Of a stretch of DNA of 64,000 nucleotides, positions 31,105-41,671 are shown one piece after another (position 1 is the stretch's first letter; every line of letters begins with the position of its first letter). Position numbers and translations under genes: made by a program. The notes under the pieces were generated by a model that saw nothing but the letters and a program-made list of their open reading frames with translations, was not told where the DNA came from and made no database searches. Source of the stretch: Spirochaetia bacterium (GTDB lineage: Bacteria > Spirochaetota > Spirochaetia > CAKZLE01); contig OY782041.1 in the NCBI GenBank assembly GCA_963677595.1, positions 96,001 through 160,000 on the forward strand, given 5' to 3'.

Positions 31105-32333
31105 GTATCCCAGATCCGGTGAATGTGCTGGAAGTGAAGCTCTGTTTCAGGGAAGACCCCTTTCCTGTCGGCCGCCTGGCACTGAGGGATCACCGAATAT
31201 ATTTTGAGTACTACCCCTCCTTTCTCGGGAAGGGACTTAACATCTCACCCTTCATGCTCCCGCTCAGGGAGGGGATCCATACCTTCGAAAGCTCTCCTTT
31301 CGAGGGACTGCCCGGCCTCTTCAATGACAGCCTGCCGGATGGCTGGGGAAGGCTGCTCTTTGACCGCTATATCATGTCGAAGGGGCTCTCCCCGAGGGAG
31401 GTCTCCCCACTGGACCGGCTCGCCCATGTTGGTACCCGCGGCCTTGGGGCATTGACCTATGATCCTGAGGTAGAGCGGTCTGAGGAGTATGACGGCCTCG
31501 ACCTCGATCATCTCGCCTCACAGGTCACGGAGGTCCTGCAGGGGGATGCTCCGGAGGTGATCGAGGAGCTGCTGGCCTTGAACGGTTCGTCAGCCGGTGC
31601 CCGCCCAAAAGCCATGATCGACGTCTCTGATACGTTGGGAAAGATCAGGTATGGCGGGACCCAGACGGAACAAGGATTCTCCCCATGGATCGTGAAATTC
31701 CCGAATACCCAGGACGGGACAGATGCAGGGGCAGTCGAGTATATCTATGCCCTGATGGCAAAGGATGCCGGGGTGATCACGCCGCAGGTGCATCTGTTCC
31801 GGGCTGAAGAGGGTCCCGGCTATTTCGCGGTCAGGCGATCTGACCGGGATGGGAACAGACGCCTCCATATGCATTCCGTCAGCGGACTCATGCATGCCGA
31901 CCATCGCCTCCCGGCTCTTGATTATGAAGAGATCTTGAGTCTCACCTTCATGCTCACCCGCGATATCAGGGAGGTGGAGAAGATGTATCGATTAGCAGTC
32001 TTCAATGTTCTTGCCCATAATCGTGATGACCATGCAAAGAACTTCAGTTTCCTGATGGATGAGTCCGGGCAGTGGAAGCTTTCCCCTGCCTACGATCTGA
32101 CCTTCTCTTCAGGGCCCGGCGGCGAACAGAGCACGCTGGTCCTGGGAGAAGGACGATCCGTGGACAGGGAGCAGCTCGTGACCCTCGGACTCCGAGCCAA
32201 GGTACCAAAGCCGCAGATCAGGGATATCCTTGATCAGACACAGTCCGCACTCTCCCGGTGGCCGGCTCTTGCAGCGCAGTACGGGGTGAATAGGGCGAAC
32301 GCTTCACTGATCAGGAAGAGTCACTGTTTATAG
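31101..32333 (+). CDS. hipA: HipA family kinase toxin
   Basis: FNDSLPDGWG, GSSAGARPK, HNRDDHAKNFS, LSPAYDL. Confidence 0.92.
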   Translation: MSIPDPVNVLEVKLCFREDPFPVGRLALRDHRIYFEYYPSFLGKGLNISPFMLPLREGIHTFESSPFEGLPGLFNDSLPDGWGRLLFDRYIMSKGLSPREVSPLDRLAHVGTRGLGALTYDPEVERSEEYDGLDLDHLASQVTEVLQGDAPEVIEELLALNGSSAGARPKAMIDVSDTLGKIRYGGTQTEQGFSPWIVKFPNTQDGTDAGAVEYIYALMAKDAGVITPQVHLFRAEEGPGYFAVRRSDRDGNRRLHMHSVSGLMHADHRLPALDYEEILSLTFMLTRDIREVEKMYRLAVFNVLAHNRDDHAKNFSFLMDESGQWKLSPAYDLTFSSGPGGEQSTLVLGEGRSVDREQLVTLGLRAKVPKPQIRDILDQTQSALSRWPALAAQYGVNRANASLIRKSHCL

Positions 32334-32370
32334 GAATACCGTATGCGCTCATGCTCATCCGATCACAGGA

Positions 32371-33291
32371 TCAGGGCAGTATATTCCCGGCAGCCAGGTA
32401 GATCTCATACCACTCCTCACGGGTGAGGTATATGTCCATCGCAGCCCTGCACGCTTTCAGCCGCTGGGGATTCATCGTCCCGGTCACAGGCTGCATCTTT
32501 GCAGGATGCCGCAGTAGCCAGGCGATCGTGATCGTCACATTGCTCACACCGTAACGCCCTGCGATCTCATCGATCTTCCTGTTGAGTTCGGGGAACTTCT
32601 CATTATCGAGGAAGACCCCCTCGAAGAACCCGAACTGGAACGGTGACCAGGGCTGGATGGTGATGTCCTTCAGGCGGCAGAAATCGAGGACGCTGCCGTC
32701 CCGGTTCACTGCAGCATCATCGAGCATGTTCACATGCAGGCCCTGCGTGATCATATTCGTGTTCGTGATACTGAGCTGGAGCTGGTTCGCGACGATCGGC
32801 TGCCTCACGAACTTCTGCAGGAGCTGTATCTGCATGGGATTCTGGTTCGAGACACCGAAATGGCAGACCTTGCCGCTGTCATGCAGCTGGTCGAAGGCCT
32901 CGGCTACCTCCTCCGGCTCCACCAGAGCATCGGGTCGATGCAGGAGCAGGACATCGAGGTACTCGGTCTTAAGGCGTCTGAGGCTCCCCTCCACCGATGA
33001 GATGATATGGTCCTTCGAGAAATCGAAGGCTACACCTTTCCGGATTCCGCACTTCGACTGTAGCAGCAGTTTCTCACGCACATCACTGCTCATATGTACG
33101 GCTTTTGAGAACACCGTCTCACATACTCCATCACCATAGACATCGGCATGATCGAAGAAGTTCGTGCCCAACTCGAGGGCAGTCTGGACGAATCGTTCCG
33201 CCTCCTGTTTATCTATCCTGTTTATGCGCATACAGCCCACTGCTATAGCGGGGACGTCCAATCCCGATCTTCCTAATGGTACCCTTCTCAT
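32371..33291 (-). CDS. Aldo/keto reductase (YdhF-like)
   Basis: FFDHADVYG, QSKCGI, LLHRPD, FGVSN. Confidence 0.92.
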   Translation of the reverse strand: MRRVPLGRSGLDVPAIAVGCMRINRIDKQEAERFVQTALELGTNFFDHADVYGDGVCETVFSKAVHMSSDVREKLLLQSKCGIRKGVAFDFSKDHIISSVEGSLRRLKTEYLDVLLLHRPDALVEPEEVAEAFDQLHDSGKVCHFGVSNQNPMQIQLLQKFVRQPIVANQLQLSITNTNMITQGLHVNMLDDAAVNRDGSVLDFCRLKDITIQPWSPFQFGFFEGVFLDNEKFPELNRKIDEIAGRYGVSNVTITIAWLLRHPAKMQPVTGTMNPQRLKACRAAMDIYLTREEWYEIYLAAGNILP

Positions 33292-33450
33292 AAGTCCACT
33301 CCCTTCTTGTGTATAGCCTCTGCTGAAGCCCGGCTTTCTCTACAACCTGGTATAAGCATACCCCATTCAAGCTAGAAACTACAGGAGAAAATCACAGGTT
33401 GTTCCATACCACCCGGAGCTGAGAATGAGACATGGAAGGGATTCCTGAAA

Positions 33451-33531
33451 AAGGAAGAGCACACCATCACTGCAGCACTGGATTACAGTACGTTAGCAGA
33501 CCTCTGTGACCCGGATCGGCTGTCAGCCTGG
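33451..33531 (+). pseudogene. Fragment of a paralog of the AAA_14 ATPase
   Basis: KEEHTITAALDYSTLADLCDPDRLSAW aligns to QEEHIISAALDDSEMEELCDPEQLSTF in 29399..30691. Confidence 0.6.
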
Positions 33532-33705
33532 GCTAGTTGTAACGGTGAAATCACGTGATTTTCAGCAGGTACACTTCCGTAAAAATGACATAAAAATGTA
33601 CTAATTTTGATTTTACTTCGCCAATTTACCTTTTATTGTCGTAATTTATTGATTTATGCGTACTTTTATGTGATAATTACTTAAATCTTTTAAGGGAGAA
33701 AGAAG

Positions 33706-35145
33706 ATGACACATCAGGCGCTAATCGACCTAATAGGCATGATACAGGTCCAGAGAACCGAATCCCAAACCCTTGAACTTAAAGCAGCCCATATCGGTTG
33801 TCCCAAAAGACTCTATGACACCCTCTCCTCGTTCTCGAACCAGGATGGCGGCGGAATCCTGGTCTTCGGCATCAGCGAACAAGATTCATATGGGGTTGTG
33901 GGTGTATATGACCCCCAGGATCTCCAGAAAAAGGTCAACGAGCAGTGTAAACAGATGGTGCCGCCTGTGCGTCCAGTCTTCACTGTCGTTTCCTTTGGAG
34001 AAGAGATCGTGGTGTCGGCAGAAATCCCAGGAATAGACATCTCTGAAAGACCCTGTTATTACGGTGGGGTTGGAAAGACCAAGGGGTCATACATCAGGGT
34101 CGGTGAGTCCGATGAGCCAATGAGCGACTACGAAATCTACAGCTACGAAGCGTTCAGGAAGAAATATGAGGATGATATCAGGGTCAATGAGCGATCTGAT
34201 GAAAGTGTCCTTGACAGGGAAGCATTCACCCAGTATATCGAGAGGATCAAGCTCCAGTACCCGAAACTCTCCAGGCTGCCCGATGCCGACATCTATCGGC
34301 ATCTCAACCTGGTGGTCCAAGGGAAGCTGACCCTGGTATGCACGCTCCTGTTTTCTCTCTACCCCCAGATGTTCTATCCGCAATACACGATCAACGCCAT
34401 GGTGGTTTTCGGGAATGAGCGGGGCATCGCTGCTGAGGATGGTGCAAGGTTTCTTGATAACAGACGCATTGAGGGGACGATCCAGGACATGTTGGCCCAA
34501 AGCCTCAACTTCCTTCAGAAGAATATGAAGGTGAAGACCATCATAGACAAAGAGAGCGGGAAACGGAATGACAAACCAGAGTATCCTGTCATAGCATTAC
34601 GGGAAGCCCTGTTGAATGCCCTTATCCACCGCGATTACAGTATCCACACCCAGGGGATGCCGATCGAAGTGATCATGTACAGCAACAGAATAGAGATACG
34701 GAATCCTGGAGGGTTGTATGGTCGGTTGACAGTCGATGACCTCGGGAGGGTCCAGCCTGATGCAAGGAACCCGGTACTCGCCAGAGCTCTGGAGTTCCTG
34801 GGTATTACCGAAAACAGATACTCAGGCATACCAACAATGCGGCATGAAAGCAAGGAGGCGGGGTTACGGGAGCCAGAGTTCAAGAATTCAAGGCAAGAAT
34901 TCCTTGTCACGTTCTATAATGCAAGACTTGAAGCCTCTCCTACAGAAAGTTCTGACCAGGAGAGGAAGATCCTTGAATTCTGCCGTCAGCCGAAGTCCCG
35001 CGATGAGATAGCACATTTTCTAGGGTTCAAGTCTACCCGCTGGGCAATGAGTGGATTTGTATCCCCCCTCCTGAAGGCGGGTCGACTCAGGATGACATTG
35101 CCTGATACCCCGAAGTCAAAGAACCAGAAATACTATACGGCCTGA
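33706..35145 (+). CDS. AlbA_2 (Schlafen-like) + HATPase_c_4 + winged-helix protein
   Basis: ESQTLELK, SFSNQDGGGILVFG, REALLNALIHRDY, IRNPGGL, PDTPKSKNQKY. Confidence 0.85.
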   Translation: MTHQALIDLIGMIQVQRTESQTLELKAAHIGCPKRLYDTLSSFSNQDGGGILVFGISEQDSYGVVGVYDPQDLQKKVNEQCKQMVPPVRPVFTVVSFGEEIVVSAEIPGIDISERPCYYGGVGKTKGSYIRVGESDEPMSDYEIYSYEAFRKKYEDDIRVNERSDESVLDREAFTQYIERIKLQYPKLSRLPDADIYRHLNLVVQGKLTLVCTLLFSLYPQMFYPQYTINAMVVFGNERGIAAEDGARFLDNRRIEGTIQDMLAQSLNFLQKNMKVKTIIDKESGKRNDKPEYPVIALREALLNALIHRDYSIHTQGMPIEVIMYSNRIEIRNPGGLYGRLTVDDLGRVQPDARNPVLARALEFLGITENRYSGIPTMRHESKEAGLREPEFKNSRQEFLVTFYNARLEASPTESSDQERKILEFCRQPKSRDEIAHFLGFKSTRWAMSGFVSPLLKAGRLRMTLPDTPKSKNQKYYTA

Positions 35146-35171
35146 GACGATACGCAGAAGTTCCAGCAACT

Positions 35172-36524
35172 TCACCTGCCCTTTCTTCTCTTTCCTGAGA
35201 CAGCAGGCTTCTTCCCTCCCCTCAGCAGTACCCCAATGACCAGGATGAGCAGCGTGAGGATCACGAAGGGAATGATCATAGCCTTCTGCACCGCCCCGTA
35301 GATGATGTACCCCGACCCGACGGCTGCCAGTGCCGGCATGATGAAGCGGACGAGGATTGACTCATCGGCGAAGGTCCTCATGACCCAGAGGTAGAGGGAG
35401 AGGTAGATCAGGTAGAGGAAGGCGATAGGCAGCTCCGATATATCCATGAAGCCGCCCCACCAGCCGTTGAAGCTTCCGTACCAGACGGTGAGCCAGGCTG
35501 CTGACACGACCAGTCCGAGGAGCCCGGAGTTGACGGTACTGTTGGTCCTGCCGCTTATATGCCGGAAGAAGCCCGGAGCCGGGCCAAGGTCCCTGACGGA
35601 GATGGAGTACATCCCCCGTACCGAGCCCATGACCAGCCCGTTCAGCGTCCCCAGGCAGGAGACGATGACGAAGAGGGTCAGGACCGTACCGGCCAGGTCT
35701 CCGAAGACGAGGGAGATGACCTGGACCGGGGCGGCATCCCCGGCTGCGATGACCTGGGAGTTCGTCAGCACCCCCGCGATCCCGATGTAGTAGAGCATAT
35801 AGGCAGCGACGACCACGACCGCACCGGCGAGGAGCGCCTTGGGAAGGGTCTTCCTGGCATCCTTGAGTTCCGCATTGATCGAAGTCGCAATGATCCAGCC
35901 CTCATAGGCGAAGATCGTGGAGAGGGTCGCCACGGCGAGCCCCCCTGAGGTTGAGATATTCTCTGCGCTGCTGATGAAGCTGTTCACAGTCTGCCCGCTC
36001 GACAGCCCCCGGATCAGGCCGATGATCACGACCAATGCGATCGGGATGAGCTTGATCATGGCAGTGGAGACCTGCCACCTGCCGGCAAGTACCGGCGAGA
36101 GGAGGTTCAGGAGAAAGAACAGTGCCAGGTAGATGAAGGCGACCAGCCACAACCCTGACTGCAGGCCCAACAGCCCGACGGTATAGTTCGCCGAGACCCA
36201 GGCCAGCACGGCACAGAGGGTCGGGTAATAGACCATGGTCATGAACCAGCCCACGATATAGCCGCCGGATACCCCATAGGCCTCCTCGAAATAGTCGACG
36301 AGGCCGTTCACCTTCTCGTAGCGGGTCGCGATCTTGGAGAAGACATAGGAGGTGATAACCATGATCCCCCCGCCGATGAGCCATGCCGTGAGGGCTACCG
36401 GCAGGGAACCCCCTGACGCGATGAGCACATCGTCAGCCTTGAAGAAGACCCCTGACCCGATAACGATCCCGACCACCATGGCGGCAGCCGTCCAGAACCC
36501 GTATTTCTTCTCTAATCGTTCCAT
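35172..36524 (-). CDS. Amino acid permease (APC family)
   Basis: GIVIGSGVFFK, FAYEGW, about 12 TM helices. Confidence 0.9.
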   Translation of the reverse strand: MERLEKKYGFWTAAAMVVGIVIGSGVFFKADDVLIASGGSLPVALTAWLIGGGIMVITSYVFSKIATRYEKVNGLVDYFEEAYGVSGGYIVGWFMTMVYYPTLCAVLAWVSANYTVGLLGLQSGLWLVAFIYLALFFLLNLLSPVLAGRWQVSTAMIKLIPIALVVIIGLIRGLSSGQTVNSFISSAENISTSGGLAVATLSTIFAYEGWIIATSINAELKDARKTLPKALLAGAVVVVAAYMLYYIGIAGVLTNSQVIAAGDAAPVQVISLVFGDLAGTVLTLFVIVSCLGTLNGLVMGSVRGMYSISVRDLGPAPGFFRHISGRTNSTVNSGLLGLVVSAAWLTVWYGSFNGWWGGFMDISELPIAFLYLIYLSLYLWVMRTFADESILVRFIMPALAAVGSGYIIYGAVQKAMIIPFVILTLLILVIGVLLRGGKKPAVSGKRRKGR

Positions 36525-36669
36525 GATACACACTCCTGTTGCCTGAAAATCGTTGCCTTGTTGCCGGCGCATCGGAGGCTACCATACCATACTTACTCTC
36601 GTTGGGCAAATAAAAAAGCCGGAGACTTTTGATCTCCAGCTTCTCATCGACGGGACGAACTGTCAGTCA

Positions 36670-37329
36670 CTATTCAGTGACGAGTTCACTCTCCTCCGGC
36701 AGTTCCCCGAGGGACTCATCCCAGGGTGTGGTCGGGTCATCGACGACCTCTTCGGTCATCGTCACCGGGACACCCTCTATATCCTTCAAGCGCATATCGA
36801 CCTCGTACCCCTTCTTGTCCAGGAGAACAAGGATCTCCTCGACCGAGAGGTCATCAAGTATACGCGCGACAGCTACGGAATCAGTGGCACTGACCTTGAC
36901 CATCTCACCGGCTGCTTCCGGCTGTGCTGTCGCCTCAGCCGTCGCGATGACGGGGATCGGTGTGTCGGTCACATCCTGGCCGGCCTTCATGTTCTGGACC
37001 ACGAAGAAGTTGATAGCGAAGAGGCAGACGAATGCGGCTGCTACCCCGATCAGGGCTGGCGTCCTCACATAGAGTCGTCGCTTCATGAAGCGTGTCGGCT
37101 CCTCTGATACCACATTGCTCTTCAGGTACTTCCATACCCGCTCTTTCTGGTCCTCGAACTCGAAATCCTGGATCCTGGCGGCCTGTATCTGCCTGCCGAG
37201 GGATTTCTGCTGCTCGAATCTATGTTTGCAGCTTTGGCAGTGCAGAAGATGCTCTTCCACCTGGGTCTTCCACGGTTCACTCAGTTCACCGTCGATGTAA
37301 GCTGACAATGTCTTATCATCCAGACACAT
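36670..37329 (-). CDS. Zinc-finger anti-sigma factor
   Basis: LSAYIDGEL...HLLHCQSC (HxxxCxxC), single TM. Confidence 0.85.
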   Translation of the reverse strand: MCLDDKTLSAYIDGELSEPWKTQVEEHLLHCQSCKHRFEQQKSLGRQIQAARIQDFEFEDQKERVWKYLKSNVVSEEPTRFMKRRLYVRTPALIGVAAAFVCLFAINFFVVQNMKAGQDVTDTPIPVIATAEATAQPEAAGEMVKVSATDSVAVARILDDLSVEEILVLLDKKGYEVDMRLKDIEGVPVTMTEEVVDDPTTPWDESLGELPEESELVTE

Positions 37330-37846
37330 ACATATCCTCCTCGTTCAGCAGTTTCTCAAGCTGCTGCCTGGCCCGATGCACTCGAACCTTCACGTTACTC
37401 TCGGAGATGTTCAGTATAGTGGCTATCTCACGGTAGTTCAGTTCACTATACTCTTTGAGCACCAACACAGCTCTCAGTTTCTCCGGCAATTTATGTATCG
37501 CTTCCCGGACAAGAGCACATGTCTCCTTTCCGAGAACCTCATCTTCACCAGTCTTCAGGGCAGGTTTCGTCTGTTTCTTGATCTTCTCTACAGCTACCTG
37601 TTCCCTGCCCTTGCGCTTCACGTAGTTGATGGCGAGATTCTTCGTCACACGGATCAGCCAGTACTTCGCCTCATCAACCGATGGAAATGAAAGGTTACGG
37701 TTATAGAACCTGATGAAAGCTTCCTGACAGATGTCCTCTGATGCATCCATGTTGTACGTCACATGATAGGCTACACGCATCAGAACGGGGAAGACTTCCT
37801 TGTACACTAGCTGAAAAGACTCATAACCGCTGCTTTTAACTTCCAT
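37316..37846 (-). CDS. ECF RNA polymerase sigma factor (RpoE-like)
   Basis: SEDICQEAF, WLIRVTKN, YREIATILNISESNVKVRVHRAR. Confidence 0.92.
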   Translation of the reverse strand: MEVKSSGYESFQLVYKEVFPVLMRVAYHVTYNMDASEDICQEAFIRFYNRNLSFPSVDEAKYWLIRVTKNLAINYVKRKGREQVAVEKIKKQTKPALKTGEDEVLGKETCALVREAIHKLPEKLRAVLVLKEYSELNYREIATILNISESNVKVRVHRARQQLEKLLNEEDMYVSG

Positions 37847-37874
37847 AATAATTAACAACACACCATAAATTAAG

Positions 37875-39293
37875 TTACACGATTGATTTCCATTTTGTAC
37901 CAGAAGTGGTATCAATGATCTCTATTCCCTGCTCCTTGAGAATATCACGAATCTCATCGGCTCTGGCGAAATCTCTCTCTTTTCTGGCAGCTTCCCGTTC
38001 CTTGATCAATGCGAGAAGCTCATCACTCAACTCCTGAGGTTTCTCTACCTCTACTCTATCTATTCGTAAACCAAGGACTTTGTCAATATCATAGAGGACC
38101 GTCAGCTTCTCGGAAGGGGTGAGTTCTCCGTCTTTCAGGAGCCCCCAGACCACCGAGAGGGCCCTCGGCATGTTCAGGTCAGCCTCTATATGGGAGGTGA
38201 ACTCCTTCCGGTACCCCTGGGCTTTCTGCGAGAGTCCGCTGAGCTCAAGGGGGGCTGCCCCCTCCTCCAGCAGCTGCTGCACCCTCGAAGTCAGGTTGGT
38301 CCGTGCGGTCCGTGCGGATTCCAGCGCATCGAAGGAGAACTGGAGCTGGGAGCGGTAGTGCCCGCCGAGGCAGAAGTACCGGTAGTCCATCGGGTCATAG
38401 CCCTTCTTCTTCAGCAGAGAGAGCGTCAGGGTCTCCCCCTTGCTCTTCGACATCTTCCCACTCTCATCAAGCAGGAACTCCCCGTGCAGCCAGTACTGGA
38501 CCCACGGGCTCTTCCCCGTGGCGGCCTCGGCCTGTGCGATCTCGTTGGTATGGTGTACCGGGATCGCATCGATCCCGCCGCAGTGGATGTCGAACTGCTC
38601 ACCAAGATACTTCATGCTCATGGCGCTGCATTCGATATGCCATCCGGGATACCCCACTCCCCAGGGGGAGTCCCAGACCATCGCCTGATTCCCGAACTTC
38701 GACTGGGTGAACCAGAGGACGAAGTCCTTCGGGTTCCGCTTGTTCGAGTCCACCTCGATCCGGGCGCCCGACTTGAGCTCCTCGAGGTCGAGTCGTGCCA
38801 GCCTGCCGTATGCAGGATAGGTATCGATGCTGAAGTAGACGTTCCCGCCGGCGGTATAGGTATGCCCCTGGTCCTCGAGCCGCTTGATCAGGTCGATCAT
38901 CTCCTGAATATGTTCAGTAGCTTTGCAGGTCACGGCAGGATTCTCCAGGTTCAGGTCCGAAGCATCTGAGAGGAACGCATCGGTATAGAACTCAGCTATC
39001 TCGTAGACGCTCTTACCGGTCTCCCGGGAGGACTTCACCATCTTGTCCTCACCGTCGTCACCGTCACCGACGAGGTGCCCCACATCGGTGATGTTCATGA
39101 TGTGCTTCACCGAGTACCCGGTGTATTCGAGTACCCGCCTCAGGATGTCCTCGAAGATGAAGGTCCTCAGGTTCCCGATATGTGCGTAGTTGTAGACCGT
39201 GGGTCCGCAGGCATACATCCTGACCTCGTTCCCGTCCATCGGCTTGAACTCTTCGAGAGACCTTCTCATCGTATTGTATAACGTTAATGACAT
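37875..39293 (-). CDS. cysS: Cysteine--tRNA ligase
   Basis: CGPTVY, HIGN, PGWHIECSAM, KMSKS. Confidence 0.97.
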   Translation of the reverse strand: MSLTLYNTMRRSLEEFKPMDGNEVRMYACGPTVYNYAHIGNLRTFIFEDILRRVLEYTGYSVKHIMNITDVGHLVGDGDDGEDKMVKSSRETGKSVYEIAEFYTDAFLSDASDLNLENPAVTCKATEHIQEMIDLIKRLEDQGHTYTAGGNVYFSIDTYPAYGRLARLDLEELKSGARIEVDSNKRNPKDFVLWFTQSKFGNQAMVWDSPWGVGYPGWHIECSAMSMKYLGEQFDIHCGGIDAIPVHHTNEIAQAEAATGKSPWVQYWLHGEFLLDESGKMSKSKGETLTLSLLKKKGYDPMDYRYFCLGGHYRSQLQFSFDALESARTARTNLTSRVQQLLEEGAAPLELSGLSQKAQGYRKEFTSHIEADLNMPRALSVVWGLLKDGELTPSEKLTVLYDIDKVLGLRIDRVEVEKPQELSDELLALIKEREAARKERDFARADEIRDILKEQGIEIIDTTSGTKWKSIV

Positions 39294-39396
39294 TCCTGAA
39301 CCAAACCTCTACCCAATATATTTGCCCAAAAGGGATAATTCCGGTACAATGGTACCTGTGCCTTCAAATGTACGTGAAACAGGTGAAAAAATCAAC

Positions 39397-40287
39397 ATGA
39401 ATCAATTAGTACAAAAAGATATCATATTGGAATCGCTCACATCGATCAAGGCAGGGGGGAAAGCCGCCTATTACGCCAGGCCGGAGGACTACGACCAGCT
39501 CGTGGGGATCCTCTCAATGGTACGGTCCGAGGGACTCGAGCTTTCCATCCTCGGCGGCGGCACGAACACCCTCATCTCCGACAAGGGCATTCCCGGCCTC
39601 CTCCTCGACATGAGGAGGTTCAAGACGATCCACACCAGGGGGACCCTCCTCACCGCGCGTGCAGGCAGCACGCTGGAGCGGGCAGTCGCCCTCTCAGCTG
39701 AAGCAGGCTTGTCAGGCCTGGAATACTTCTCAGGACTCCCGGGCACCGTCGGGGGAGCCGTCTTCGGGAACGCAGGCTGTTTCCACCATGAGATCGGTGA
39801 GGTAGTCGAGTGGGTCGAGTACTTCGATATGGACGGTGAGCTCCATAAGATGTGGCGCGACCAGTACCGGTTCTCCTACCGCAGCTCTCCCTGCCGGACG
39901 AACAGGTGGATCATCACGCAGATCGGGTTCAACCTGGCACCGAAAGCCCCGATCTATATCCAGCAGCAGGCAAAAGCCTACCGCCAGAAGCGGCGTGAGA
40001 TGGGCCACTATCGGTACCCTTCGATGGGATCGATCTTCAAGAACCCCATCAACCCGAAGACTGGGATGCGGGTATCAGCCGGGGAACTCATCGATGCTGC
40101 CGGGTTGCTCGGCTATACGGTCGGGAATGCGAAGGTTGCCGAATACCATGGGAACATCATCATCAACCCCGGCGGGAAGGCCGGCTCTGATGACATTTTC
40201 CAGCTCATCGGGTATATTCAAGATACGGTCGAGAAGGTCCACGGAATCACCCTGGAACTCGAGATCAACCTGCTCGGCCAGTGGTAG
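39397..40287 (+). CDS. murB: UDP-N-acetylenolpyruvoylglucosamine reductase
   Basis: GGGTNTL, PGTVGGAVFGNAG, FSYRSS, SMGSIFKNP, LELEI. Confidence 0.93.
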   Translation: MNQLVQKDIILESLTSIKAGGKAAYYARPEDYDQLVGILSMVRSEGLELSILGGGTNTLISDKGIPGLLLDMRRFKTIHTRGTLLTARAGSTLERAVALSAEAGLSGLEYFSGLPGTVGGAVFGNAGCFHHEIGEVVEWVEYFDMDGELHKMWRDQYRFSYRSSPCRTNRWIITQIGFNLAPKAPIYIQQQAKAYRQKRREMGHYRYPSMGSIFKNPINPKTGMRVSAGELIDAAGLLGYTVGNAKVAEYHGNIIINPGGKAGSDDIFQLIGYIQDTVEKVHGITLELEINLLGQW

Positions 40288-40317
40288 CCGATACATCCCA
40301 GCAAGAAGGAGTCCTTC

Positions 40318-41670
40318 ATGAACGAACCACTGCAGCACTTCCTTGAATACTATGACAAGATGACTCTTTCCGAACGTAAGGAGTTCCTCAAGGAACTGCC
40401 CTTCGATGACCTCTTGGAGGACTGGGATGATCTCGAGAAGTTCGAGGCAGAGAAGATCTTCGTCGAGCTGCCGTTGGAAGTCAAGACTGACCTGATCTAT
40501 GAACTGCCGAACGATAACCAGGAACACCTGATCCTCGGGCTGACCGAGAAAGGGAAGAAGGAGCTCTTCGAGATGATGGAACCGGATGACCTGGTAGACA
40601 TCATGCAGTCGGTGAGCAAAGAGGTCCGTGACGCTGTCTGGAAGTCGCTCACCGATGATGACAAGCGGGAGATGCTCTTCCTGCTCAGGTTCGACGAGGA
40701 TGATGCGGCAGGGATCATGACCCCCAGGTTCATGGCTGTGCAGGCCCATACCACCGTCGGCCAGGCGATCAACTTCATCCGGGCCAACTGCGACACGGTC
40801 GAGTTCCTCTTCGGCGTCTATGTCATCGATCAGCTCGAGCGGCTCACCGGGTTCGTCACGATCAAGGACCTGCTCGCATCCAAGGATGATAGAAGGATCA
40901 GCGAGATCATCACGGAGCAGAAGGTCATCTACGCCTATGAGGATACCGACCAGGAGGAGGTCGCCAAACTGATGGAGACCCACGACCTCGCATCGATCCC
41001 GGTCGTCAACCATGACCACATCCTCATCGGTATCGTCACCTTCGATGACATCATCGACGTCATCAGGGAAGAGCAGACCGAGGATGTCTATAAGATGGGA
41101 GGTATGGCCACTTCCGATGAGACCTACCTGCACAACACGGTATGGGACCTTGTGAAGATGCGCGTACCCTGGCTGATCATCCTGCTGCTGCTCGGGACGA
41201 TCTCGGCGAATGTGCTCAACCACTATGAGTCGGTACTGATCGGCGGGGCCTTCCTCGTCATCTTCATGCCAGTCATCACCCAGACCGGCGGTAACGCCGG
41301 CTCCCAGGCCTCTACCCTGATGATCCGGGGACTTGCCACCGGGGACATCGTCTTCAAGGATATCGCGAAGATCCTGACGAAGGAGCTGCTCATCGGGATC
41401 CTCATGGGTGTGATCACCGGCGGGGTCATCGTGATCAGGAGCATCTTCCTCCCCCCCGGGGTCGGCATCTACGAAGGGATGGTCATCGGCCTCTCCCTCA
41501 TGATCGTCGTCTTCATCTCCAACCTCATCGGGATCCTCGCCCCGCTCGGGATAGCCCGATTGGGCAAGGACCCCACAGTCATGTCTGCCCCGCTCATGGC
41601 CACCGTCATAGACATCTGCGGGTATGCGATCTACTTCGAGACCGCCAGGTGGCTGCTTGACCTGGGGTAG
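40318..41670 (+). CDS. mgtE: Magnesium transporter MgtE
   Basis: MgtE-N, CBS pair, GGNAGSQ, DPTVMSAP...D. Confidence 0.93.
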   Translation: MNEPLQHFLEYYDKMTLSERKEFLKELPFDDLLEDWDDLEKFEAEKIFVELPLEVKTDLIYELPNDNQEHLILGLTEKGKKELFEMMEPDDLVDIMQSVSKEVRDAVWKSLTDDDKREMLFLLRFDEDDAAGIMTPRFMAVQAHTTVGQAINFIRANCDTVEFLFGVYVIDQLERLTGFVTIKDLLASKDDRRISEIITEQKVIYAYEDTDQEEVAKLMETHDLASIPVVNHDHILIGIVTFDDIIDVIREEQTEDVYKMGGMATSDETYLHNTVWDLVKMRVPWLIILLLLGTISANVLNHYESVLIGGAFLVIFMPVITQTGGNAGSQASTLMIRGLATGDIVFKDIAKILTKELLIGILMGVITGGVIVIRSIFLPPGVGIYEGMVIGLSLMIVVFISNLIGILAPLGIARLGKDPTVMSAPLMATVIDICGYAIYFETARWLLDLG

Positions 41671-41671
41671 G

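Noticed and set aside
31825-31850. HipA RFDR motif reads RSDR, suggesting inactivation
   Set aside because: A single substitution with catalytic and P-loop motifs intact; cannot call a pseudogene
37316-38100. Lower GC in the sigma gene and cysS 3' end as horizontal transfer
   Set aside because: The gene order looks like conserved core synteny and no repeats or mobility signals are present
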